Positions 47,981-55,832 of a DNA stretch of 64,000 nucleotides are shown piece by piece. The stretch spans positions 41,737 to 105,736 of the IMG/VR virus record IMGVR_UViG_3300037851_000431; one strand, given 5' to 3'. Within the stretch, counting starts at the first letter, position 1, and each line of letters starts with the position of its first letter. The notes under the pieces were generated by a model. That model was not told the DNA's origin, ran no database searches, and saw nothing but the letters and a program-made list of their open reading frames with translations. This stretch comes from a virus. Both the position numbers and the translations under genes were made by a program.

Positions 47981-48607
47981 TTAATTCTTAAGCTTATTAA
48001 ACTCTGTCTGAAGGTTTCTCAGGGATTTCTCCAGATGCTCGATGTATGGAACAACTAGAGCAATCGTGGCAAACTTTTCATCATGTTTAAGATGAACAGC
48101 CTCATAAATTGCTGTCTCATCCACATCCATTCCTAGAGCCTTAAGCTCATCGACCATAATTCTTACGGCTTCAATTCGGTGCATATAAGTCTTTGCAGAC
48201 TTGGCCCAACCTTTGGCCTGTGCAAGAGACTCACTTTCGGTAGGAACAGGCTCAGGAGCAGGAATATTAGGCTCTTGGTGATAAGTATTAAACTTCTCAC
48301 CACGCATACTTTGATCTGCAATCAGAGCATTATAAGCTTCTCTGTACGGCTTGACCAATCTCCAATAAGAGGCACGATCACCCTTACCGTTAGTATTGCT
48401 ATACTGGTCACGACGAACATAAATGCCTTGATCGCGCATGACCTTCATCACGCGAACAACAACATGATGCGGAACACCCGTAATCTCTGAAATTTTCTTT
48501 TGAGATGTACGGAATTCCTTACTTGTTCCAATGTAGCTATAAAGTTTCTTAAGAAAATCTTTTTCAAGAACAAGTGTAGTTTCCCGGTTTGTCACAGCCG
48601 TTGACAT
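47981..48607 (-). CDS. Winged-HTH plus coiled-coil protein
   Basis: SQKKISEITGVPHHVVVRVMKVMRDQGI. Confidence 0.6.
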   Translation of the reverse strand: MSTAVTNRETTLVLEKDFLKKLYSYIGTSKEFRTSQKKISEITGVPHHVVVRVMKVMRDQGIYVRRDQYSNTNGKGDRASYWRLVKPYREAYNALIADQSMRGEKFNTYHQEPNIPAPEPVPTESESLAQAKGWAKSAKTYMHRIEAVRIMVDELKALGMDVDETAIYEAVHLKHDEKFATIALVVPYIEHLEKSLRNLQTEFNKLKN

Positions 48608-49071
48608 TATTTCTCCTTAGCAGTAAAAATCATCAAACCACTTCGCTCATCCCAAGCAACATTCATGATATTTGACATATCAGGAAATTTAACTTTGGGA
48701 AGTTTGCGCCCTTCCTCTTCAGGAAGTTTTTCAGATTCCTCAAACTCTTTAAAGTTAAACCAGCCTCTTCCAAAACAAGTAAATACAACTTCTTTTCGTT
48801 CGCGGGAAAAGGTATAGGCAAAATCTGTTGTGCGGGAATTCTCCCAAGGCCACGGCCACCCCATTTGAGGGTATGTTACATCATCGCGCCCTGAAAAGAA
48901 ATCAACGAGAAATTTACGATAGGTTTCCTCGCTATCACAGTCGGTTAGATATTTAGTATTACCTTCTTTGTCCTTAATATACACCCCTTCGGGATAACCA
49001 TCCCAAGCAATGGATGCGATCCAAACTAACTTGTCTTCTGTATCAAGATAAAAATCTGCCCTTGTACCCAT
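48607..49071 (-). CDS. Conserved phage hypothetical protein
   Basis: MGTRADFY...WDGYP motif. Confidence 0.6.
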   Translation of the reverse strand: MGTRADFYLDTEDKLVWIASIAWDGYPEGVYIKDKEGNTKYLTDCDSEETYRKFLVDFFSGRDDVTYPQMGWPWPWENSRTTDFAYTFSRERKEVVFTCFGRGWFNFKEFEESEKLPEEEGRKLPKVKFPDMSNIMNVAWDERSGLMIFTAKEK

Positions 49072-49171
49072 TTATTACCACTCGTCATCATCTAGATCAA
49101 TTCTGAATAGTCCAATTAATAGGACTAAACAAAAGATAAACGCAAAGAATTCCATATATCACCAAATAAAC

Positions 49172-49224
49172 TCAGCCCGATAGATCATACAACATTTTCT
49201 TTATTGTACAATCTATCGGGCTGA
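49172..49224. other. Long hairpin (terminator or processing site)
   Basis: 14-bp inverted repeat TCAGCCCGATAGAT/ATCTATCGGGCTGA plus inner TACAA/TTGTA. Confidence 0.7.
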
Positions 49225-49264
49225 AATTTTAGTTACAAGTTAGAGGGAACCGGACCCGGTATAT

Positions 49265-49837
49265 TCACTTGCTTGAAAGTGTATTCTTGATAAGTGCCTG
49301 AAGACGCTCCAACTCGTCGGAGTTAACATCCTTAAGCACAGTCTCATCCAATTCGGAAAGGTTATCCAGCCGGAACACCTTCCGCTTGGGACCACGCCGA
49401 GTCTTGACACCAAGAGTGCCCTTATACCCAGCAACCGCTGAACGAACATAAGCGGGAGCCTTTGCGGTGCCCTCTTCCACAGACCCACGGAAATACTGAA
49501 CCATAAAGTTAGTCATTTCCTGTGAGTTAGCGAAATCATCGGGAGGATTACCATTGATCCAGAGGATCGCAGGGAACAACTCCACGCGCCGGTCACGCTT
49601 AGAAATATCGGTGATAATCTGCTCAGGATCGTAACCGTCCTTAACGGTAAATCCTTCAGCGATAACACCCTCCGGGGTCACAGCCCAATTCTGCACACGC
49701 CCGCCGAAAAAGTGGTAAATACCCTTCCATGCGGCGAGAACAGATTTAGACTGCTCCGGGGTAAGAATAAGGGGATCAGCAATCGGAAGCATAATCTCTT
49801 CCATAACTGTATCCGTATCAGTCTTGCGAGTAGCCAT
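49265..49837 (-). CDS. Hypothetical protein, first gene of the leftward block
   Basis: 190 aa, SD AAAGGA, preceded by its own promoters. Confidence 0.75.
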   Translation of the reverse strand: MATRKTDTDTVMEEIMLPIADPLILTPEQSKSVLAAWKGIYHFFGGRVQNWAVTPEGVIAEGFTVKDGYDPEQIITDISKRDRRVELFPAILWINGNPPDDFANSQEMTNFMVQYFRGSVEEGTAKAPAYVRSAVAGYKGTLGVKTRRGPKRKVFRLDNLSELDETVLKDVNSDELERLQALIKNTLSSK

Positions 49838-49906
49838 CGAAAAGTAGTTTCCTTTCTTTCACTACCCGGTCCCGGTTCCATCTTCACTTGTTAAGGTTCG
49901 TAGCCT

Positions 49907-49935
49907 AGTCTAGCACCAAAACGAACCAATGTCAA
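49907..49935 (-). promoter_or_regulatory. Sigma70-type leftward promoter 1
   Basis: TTGACA-N17-TAGACT with TG extension. Confidence 0.75.
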
Positions 49936-50030
49936 GCGTCTACAAAAAATTGTGGCCTACTATTTTGAAGCCATCTTTTATATTAGACTTGCTAGGTTCG
50001 TCGCGGCTCGTCAACCGGCCCGTCTAGGGT

Positions 50031-50059
50031 ACTCTAGCACACAACCCGAGCCGTGTCAA
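50031..50059 (-). promoter_or_regulatory. Sigma70-type leftward promoter 2
   Basis: TTGACA-N17-TAGAGT with TG extension. Confidence 0.7.
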
Positions 50060-50372
50060 GCCCTAAGAATAAAAAACTTTTTTATGTAGATCACTTTTGT
50101 ACTTCTTTGTTCCGTACTTTGTTGATCGAATTTCATCCGGTGGCCTGTTACTCACCGAAATTCTGGATTTTAGAACCTAAAATAAATCCAATTTCATGCT
50201 CCCATAAAGAGGAATTTTAGCCACCCATTTACAGGGATTTTGGAGCCGAAAACCTAGGATGCGTGCCCCATATAAGCTGCACGCGCGAGCAGCTATATCA
50301 CGCGCGAGGGGTTTTTTCGTACCGAATTTTGGGTTCCTTTAGAGCGTTTTCAAAAAAACCCCTTTTTGGGGC

Positions 50373-50401
50373 TTGACAGGGTGTGCCCGGTGTGCTATGC
50401 T
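50373..50401 (+). promoter_or_regulatory. Sigma70-type rightward early promoter
   Basis: TTGACA-N17-TATGCT with TG extension and an upstream A/T tract. Confidence 0.8.
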
Positions 50402-50463
50402 CTTAGCAGAGGTTAGTTGAACATATAAATCACAATCCGTATAGATGAAAGGTAAGTGAATAT

Positions 50464-51090
50464 ATGAGCCTCGATGTTTCGGCTTTGCTTGCCGAAGCAA
50501 AAGCCCTTGGTATGTATGAGGAAGCAAAGCCTCGTAAAAGGGCAATTACCATCAGGCGATATAATGTCACAGTAGATGGTAAAATCGTAGCCCAATTCTG
50601 CACCATAAACGATGTGCGAACGCTTCGTCAACATTATCGGGAGCAAGGAAAGTCAATTGTAATTGATGAGGTTTACACCCTCGATGGAAATTACAAAGAC
50701 ATTTCTAATCTCCCTCCCGCTGATCTTCCCAAAGTCGGAAAATATTCGGTAGCAGAAATCAAGGGCATTCAAAACTTCGCAACCCCCACAATTACGGAGC
50801 AAAAAGAAAAGTCAAAGCGCCGGAACAAGAGAAATCAGCAAAAGGTAGTCTGTACTACCAGAGTCATCGAAAACCCTTGGCGAAATCCTAACTCTTCTCT
50901 TCATAAGGAATATATGAAAGGAGTGATAAGGGACGGGTTTATCGTAACTCATAAGGAAAGCGGACAAATCCTCTTTTGGGGGCAAAGAAAGGAAGTCATT
51001 GACTATCTGAAGGATTATTCAGGAGACATTAGCCAAATCAAATGTCTCTCCTTTACAAAGCAAGCACAAAAGAAATACGGGCTAATGTAA
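50464..51090 (+). CDS. Basic hypothetical early protein
   Basis: First gene after the promoter; SD AAGGT. Confidence 0.65.
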   Translation: MSLDVSALLAEAKALGMYEEAKPRKRAITIRRYNVTVDGKIVAQFCTINDVRTLRQHYREQGKSIVIDEVYTLDGNYKDISNLPPADLPKVGKYSVAEIKGIQNFATPTITEQKEKSKRRNKRNQQKVVCTTRVIENPWRNPNSSLHKEYMKGVIRDGFIVTHKESGQILFWGQRKEVIDYLKDYSGDISQIKCLSFTKQAQKKYGLM

Positions 51091-51098
51091 AAAATGGA

Positions 51099-51128
51099 TG
51101 GACAAGCAGACCGCGTTTCTGCTATAAT
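51099..51128 (+). promoter_or_regulatory. Sigma70-type promoter
   Basis: TGGACA-N18-TATAAT with TG extension. Confidence 0.7.
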
Positions 51129-51201
51129 TGGGGTAGCCATCGTGGTATTACTTATCACGATGGTTGCCCTAAAGTTTATCTCAGGGCAATGGAGTTTCTA
51201 A

Positions 51202-51594
51202 ATGCCGAAGATTGTAGTGGATAGAATTTGGATTGGCACAGATCAAGATGATGAGGATGATCCTGCCAATTGGAAAGAATTATCTATTCCGGCAAAGTAT
51301 GAAGTTTGTCCTGATTGTGAAGGTGAGGGTACATCAAGTGCCTATCTTGGAGCCTTTACTTGGGATCAAATCGATGAATTAGGAGATGACTTTAGGGAAG
51401 ACTATTTTGCTGGTCGATATGATAGGTTGTGCGAAACCTGTAAAGGGGAGCGAGTAGTCCCTATCCCCGATAGAGAAAATGCCGATCCTGAAATTCTCAA
51501 AATGTATGATGAAATTCAGGATGAGGAGAGACAAAGCGAACAAATGCATCGAATGGAGATGCAAGCCGAATACGGCCCCGATTATATGTGGTAA
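51202..51594 (+). CDS. Zn-finger phage protein
   Basis: CPDCEGEG...CETCKGE motifs. Confidence 0.7.
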   Translation: MPKIVVDRIWIGTDQDDEDDPANWKELSIPAKYEVCPDCEGEGTSSAYLGAFTWDQIDELGDDFREDYFAGRYDRLCETCKGERVVPIPDRENADPEILKMYDEIQDEERQSEQMHRMEMQAEYGPDYMW

Positions 51595-51600
51595 GGAAAA

Positions 51601-51846
51601 ATGACACAGGGAATTTTTATCAACTACCGAAGGCCCAAGTCAAAGAAGGAGGTCATTGAAGCAGTCAAGACTAATCCTGAAAGTGTTAGTCTTGAAGCAA
51701 CATCATTCTTTGGCAATGAGTATGACGGTCCAATCACAGAAATGCCTGAGAATAAGATGGTGTTTGTGGTTGGTCCCGATCCTGCTACTAAGCGTAATTT
51801 CTATCTCAATGTAACCCGTGTGGGTAACAAGTTTACTGTAAAGTAA
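51601..51846 (+). CDS. Conserved phage hypothetical protein
   Basis: PKSKKE...SFFGNEYDG...VGPDP motif. Confidence 0.65.
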   Translation: MTQGIFINYRRPKSKKEVIEAVKTNPESVSLEATSFFGNEYDGPITEMPENKMVFVVGPDPATKRNFYLNVTRVGNKFTVK

Positions 51847-51860
51847 AGAAAGGTTGGGAA

Positions 51861-52253
51861 ATGGAAGCCGAAAAGCCTGAGTGCCGTCACTACTCAATCA
51901 AGGATGAGGAAGGTGTTTCGTATTGCCGCGATTGCCTTCTTATCCATATCCCCGAAAAGTTTTGGTACGGCGAAATCAAGATCGGTCAGCTTTCGAATAG
52001 GTTCGAACATACTACGGTCGATTTCGATTTCAAAGACCTGATCGAATTGCAGCTTGGTACATCCGTTGAGTTGACGAATATTATCAAGACTGAAAAGTCT
52101 GATCGCTATTGGGCACAGTCTTATATCGTTTGGTATAAGATTGGACGATCAGAAATGTCTGCTAGTGTTGACGATCTAACCCGTGGTACTCGATATAACC
52201 CGACTAACAGGTTCTACGAGCCTAAGTTGGAAGTGGTCGAGGAAACCACCTAA
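51861..52253 (+). CDS. Hypothetical protein
   Basis: SD present; CRH...CRDC. Confidence 0.6.
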   Translation: MEAEKPECRHYSIKDEEGVSYCRDCLLIHIPEKFWYGEIKIGQLSNRFEHTTVDFDFKDLIELQLGTSVELTNIIKTEKSDRYWAQSYIVWYKIGRSEMSASVDDLTRGTRYNPTNRFYEPKLEVVEETT

Positions 52254-52260
52254 ATTTGGG

Positions 52261-53057
52261 GGAGCCGCGATCTTACAGTAAAGGAGGTGAAAAGCAATCT
52301 ATATTGTAATGAAATGCGGCTCCTGTCCTGAAAAGCAGTATTTCGGTAAACTTGTCGAAAAGGGCAAGGAAAATACTGCTAAGTGCCCTAACTGCGGGCA
52401 CAAACTTATCGTCGTGGCAAACGATAAGTAACTACATAATGGCGAAGGTTAGGTTGGCTAGACCTAATCTATTCGATGCCCCGAGAATTATGCCTGTGAC
52501 GACAGGCTTTGGGGATAGCCCATCGAATAGGAAGCCGAAAACTGAGCCTTAGGCTTAGGGTTTCGGGCCAGATTTATTAGGCTAGGATACGAGAAAGTAC
52601 GATCTGGTGCAAGTATCGTCGTATAAATGCCTAGCGAGTCGGTCAATGCGTAAACCGACATTATTAATAAATTATGTGTTGAGTAGAGAACAACACGAAG
52701 CAGTACTATAAGGCTCTGATCGATCCATCCTTATACCTGTGGATATGGCCTACCGGACACATAATTTAGAGTACGCTACTGGTAGAATTACTGGTCATGA
52801 ACAGAGAAGAGCCAGTCTCAATGCGTATACTGTGGATTATGAAGTGATATCCATATTAAAGTCTAAGAGTACGATAGGTTCCTTTGGCGTAGTCAATAGA
52901 TAGGGTAGCGAGCTGCAAATCGTCCTATCGAAAAGAACCTCACAATGCGTACACTGCCCGATCAATTATGTGATATCGGGCATCCGAATTATAAAGGCTT
53001 CCAGCGGGCAGTATTATATTTTATTTTAATCCAAACACTGCCCGCTAGAGTCCTTTA
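52261..53057 (+). ncRNA. Putative large structured non-coding RNA (about 800 nt), family unassigned
   Basis: More than 15 consecutive helices and two covarying copies of one module; no long ORF in a gene-dense region. Confidence 0.75.
52309..52431 (+). CDS. 40-aa Zn-ribbon peptide inside the structured RNA (not in ORF track)
   Basis: MKCGSC...KCPNCGHKL; AAGGAGGTGA upstream. Confidence 0.55.
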   Translation: MKCGSCPEKQYFGKLVEKGKENTAKCPNCGHKLIVVANDK

Positions 53058-53069
53058 TTAGAGGTTAGT

Positions 53070-53420
53070 ATGTACCGACGAATTCAACTAATTAATCACT
53101 ACGATCCTAAGAAACATGAACACGAACAAAACGACTTCATCCATGGGTTGATGGGTATTTGTAATAGTGTTGAGATTGCAGATGCGTGGACCTATAAATT
53201 GCGCGGTTCAAATCACGCTCTACCCACCAATGCACGATTTTATTTTACAGAGAAGGGTTGGAAGGAAGTTGGACGAGAAGTAATTGCCGCTTGTCAGCGA
53301 TCAGGTCAAGACTATAGAGTTATTAAAGTCAAAGAGACTGACGCGCAAGTTGTTTGGCGAGATAAGTATACTGAATATGAAGTTGCTATCCAGCCTAAAA
53401 GAAAGGTAAGTAAGAAGTAG
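53070..53420 (+). CDS. Hypothetical protein
   Basis: SD GAGGT; RFYFTEKGW. Confidence 0.6.
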   Translation: MYRRIQLINHYDPKKHEHEQNDFIHGLMGICNSVEIADAWTYKLRGSNHALPTNARFYFTEKGWKEVGREVIAACQRSGQDYRVIKVKETDAQVVWRDKYTEYEVAIQPKRKVSKK

Positions 53421-53720
53421 ATGAAGCGCGGAATTCCCGTCACATTTTCTACTTGCCGCAAAGAGCATGGCAAGTGTGATATTTGCTTGCAACCCATCAA
53501 ACCCGGTGAAAAGTATATTCGGGTTGTTATTCCCCCGTGGGAAAGTGAGATAGAATTCGTATTCAACGATTTTGGGCAAATTATTAATTCTTGGTACATT
53601 AACTCCCACAAATGGGAAGTCCATGAAACTCACGAAAAGTGCGAGAAATGGCGCGCAGAAGAGATGCGCGAAGCCGAGATGGATTTGGAGTGGGAAACTC
53701 CCTTGGAGTATGATTACTAA
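53421..53720 (+). CDS. Zn-binding hypothetical protein
   Basis: RKEH.KCDIC..IKPGEKY...HEKC motif. Confidence 0.6.
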   Translation: MKRGIPVTFSTCRKEHGKCDICLQPIKPGEKYIRVVIPPWESEIEFVFNDFGQIINSWYINSHKWEVHETHEKCEKWRAEEMREAEMDLEWETPLEYDY

Positions 53721-54055
53721 TGTCTAGGCATCTTTTTGCTCCGGGTGAAACAGTTTCTTATTGTGGTGTGGCAACAATCGAGTCCAATGCTAGGTGGAAG
53801 AATAGCGAAATCATTTGCTATTCTTGTGCTAATAGGCGTCTGGATAAAACGCTATACTCCACAAGAAGGTTAATCAAGACATTTTACTGGCAGAGTAACC
53901 GACAGTGGGGACTGCAAACTAAACTTGCAAAACTGTTTGGTATCTCGCGCCAGCGGGTTCACCAAATTGTCTATGATCCTGATATTAAAGTCTTTGACGT
54001 GGAGATTTCGCTTGTTGAACTGAAAGAAGCGAAAGAAAAGGAATGGAAGACATAA
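53720..54055 (+). CDS. HTH-containing protein
   Basis: LAKLFGISRQRVHQIV. Confidence 0.65.
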   Translation: MSRHLFAPGETVSYCGVATIESNARWKNSEIICYSCANRRLDKTLYSTRRLIKTFYWQSNRQWGLQTKLAKLFGISRQRVHQIVYDPDIKVFDVEISLVELKEAKEKEWKT

Positions 54056-54137
54056 TGTTAGTAGAAATGACAGGTGTTATTTGGGTAATTACTTTAGTAG
54101 TTTTTGCCTTTACTATGATTTGGATGGAACTTCATAG

Positions 54138-54368
54138 ATGAATACCCCTTATATTGGTTTTGGTAATGATACGTTAAATAAACTGCCCGAAGTAAAGATT
54201 GGGGATTCTTTTCAATGTCCAGATTGTAACCAAATTCATTGGCTACGGGGCGATGATAATGGCGGTAATATCTTACTATTTTACCGCTGCGGAGAAGGTA
54301 TAAGACTTGGTGCAGTAAATGGAAGATTTATTGTTTATACTCAACCTGATGTGAGTGGAGAGATGTAG
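54138..54368 (+). CDS. Small Cys-containing hypothetical protein
   Basis: CPDC motif. Confidence 0.5.
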   Translation: MNTPYIGFGNDTLNKLPEVKIGDSFQCPDCNQIHWLRGDDNGGNILLFYRCGEGIRLGAVNGRFIVYTQPDVSGEM

Positions 54369-54375
54369 AGATAAA

Positions 54376-54591
54376 ATGAGTACGATTACTAAGCCTAGAT
54401 GCGAATGCCCTGATGAAGCATTTGGCACAAGTATTCTCCTGTATGAACCGGAAGAGTATAAGGCTATGATCCACAGACCCAACGAATGTCCCGGTGATTA
54501 TCTAATAGCAGAGTATGAAAGAGAGGGAGAAAAAATTATTCTCTGTAGTTGCTGCTGTTTGTCGGGCGATATCAAGATCAAAGATTTGTGA
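54376..54591 (+). CDS. Small Cys-rich hypothetical protein
   Basis: CEC...CSCCC motifs. Confidence 0.5.
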   Translation: MSTITKPRCECPDEAFGTSILLYEPEEYKAMIHRPNECPGDYLIAEYEREGEKIILCSCCCLSGDIKIKDL

Positions 54592-54607
54592 GTGAGGAAA
54601 TATAGGT

Positions 54608-55069
54608 ATGACTACTAAATGGATCAAACGTAGTGAGTTGGTAACTCACATTCGATATAGCCGACATTTCGATTATGAAGGTGAGGTTGGTTGGGGCTTT
54701 GGATTTGATTGTGATGCAGAAGGTAATCTACTTGATGATCTTTGTAACATTGCAGTCAATAACTATAAGAAGTGCCTAACTGGTGTTGTCGATGGTAGAA
54801 AGGTGGTAGATCGCGGAATTATCCGCGAGGAATGGACAACTAGAGAACCCGGTGTTATCGAATGCGTTTGTGGCGAGGAATTGGAACTGTGGATGGTCAT
54901 GACTAATACTTGTGATAAGTGTGGTCGTGATTATAATTCTTCTGGACAACTGCTTGCTCCCCGAAGTCAATGGGGATGGGATACAGGTGAGTCTCTGAGC
55001 GATATTCTAAATAGCGATTGGCCTATTGATATTCCCCGTGATGTTTGGCAGGGTATTGACAATGATTAA
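54608..55069 (+). CDS. Zn-ribbon phage protein
   Basis: CVCGEEL...NTCDKCGRDYNSSGQLLAPRSQWG. Confidence 0.65.
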   Translation: MTTKWIKRSELVTHIRYSRHFDYEGEVGWGFGFDCDAEGNLLDDLCNIAVNNYKKCLTGVVDGRKVVDRGIIREEWTTREPGVIECVCGEELELWMVMTNTCDKCGRDYNSSGQLLAPRSQWGWDTGESLSDILNSDWPIDIPRDVWQGIDND

Positions 55070-55266
55070 GTTGGAATTGGAATATCTAGATGCTGTCAGG
55101 CTTAAAGAAATTGCTTTGATCAACTCTAGAATTCCTAGTGATGATCAGGGTATGTGGACATTTATCTATGTCCAACTTACTAATGCTATTTATCCTCCCG
55201 AAGATACTGCTGATGATAGTTTTCTAGAGATGGCATACGAAGATAGATTCAGGTCGGATACTGAAA

Positions 55267-55473
55267 ATGAAAACGATTTCTGAAAATGATTTCACCGAAG
55301 ATGAGTGGGGAGAGATTATTGGAGCAGTAAGTCAACGCATTCGTAATCAGGAGGAAGCAAAGAAAGGCTATTCCTACTACAATGCTGACTCTGATCTAAT
55401 CAAATCTATTGACCGCCGAATTATCAATCTAAAGATTATTGAAAAGAAACTGAGGAATATTCGTTATGGCTGA
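55267..55473 (+). CDS. Hypothetical protein
   Basis: Operon packing. Confidence 0.45.
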   Translation: MKTISENDFTEDEWGEIIGAVSQRIRNQEEAKKGYSYYNADSDLIKSIDRRIINLKIIEKKLRNIRYG

Positions 55474-55636
55474 AGGTACTCTTAACCGTATTCATACTCC
55501 TATCACCCGTGCTACCCGTCGTGCAAAGAATGCACGAAATGCTGCAAATCGTCCTGCGCCCGGTAGTAATGGTATGAGGAAGTCTTGCCGCGAGCATGGA
55601 TGTATTCATGAAAAGCATGGGGGCATTCATAAATAA
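55466..55636 (+). CDS. 56-aa basic peptide with Cys/His tail (not in ORF track)
   Basis: MAEGTLNRIHTPITRATRRAKNAR...CREHGCIHEKH; SD GAGG. Confidence 0.5.
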   Translation: MAEGTLNRIHTPITRATRRAKNARNAANRPAPGSNGMRKSCREHGCIHEKHGGIHK

Positions 55637-55643
55637 TTAAGGC

Positions 55644-55672
55644 TTGACAGGGGCTAGTTTATGTGGTAAAAT
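55644..55672 (+). promoter_or_regulatory. Sigma70-type promoter overlapping the 5' half of tRNA-His
   Basis: TTGACA-N17-TAAAAT with TG extension. Confidence 0.6.
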
Positions 55673-55723
55673 ACCGGGTTGTGGCCCCGGAGAAGGTGGG
55701 TTCAAATCCCCCTCCCCTGACCA
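55648..55723 (+). tRNA. tRNA-His(GUG)-like, atypical
   Basis: Anticodon arm CCGGG-TTGTGGC-CCCGG, T-loop TTCAAAT, encoded CCA. Mismatches in the acceptor and T stems. Confidence 0.75.
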
Positions 55724-55734
55724 AAACAAAAAAT

Positions 55735-55809
55735 GGGCCGGTAATTCAATGGTAGAATGAGGGACTTTTAATCCCTACGTTGTGGGTTCGATTCCCACCC
55801 GGCTCACCA
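55735..55809 (+). tRNA. tRNA-Lys(UUU)
   Basis: GGGCCGG/CCGGCTC acceptor stem, AGGGA-CTTTTAA-TCCCT anticodon arm, GTTCGATTC, encoded CCA. Confidence 0.93.
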
Positions 55810-55832
55810 ATTCTTATAACTGGTGGAAACTT

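Noticed and set aside
52258-52450. tmRNA (GGGGG start and a GCAAACGATAAG tag-like stretch)
   Set aside because: No T-arm or CCA acceptor end is visible downstream, and the ANDK frame stops immediately.
52352-52552. 66-aa ORF-track call
   Set aside because: TTG start without an SD. It overlaps the better Zn-ribbon frame and the RNA helices.
52261-53057. Group I/II intron, RNase P RNA or hammerhead ribozyme
   Set aside because: The flanking ORFs are complete genes, and I could not find the P7 core, domain V, GAGGAAAGUCC or CUGAUGA/GAAA cores.
55466-55636. Ribosomal protein bL32 homologue
   Set aside because: Only compositional resemblance. It lacks the AVPK and CxxC...CxxC patterns.
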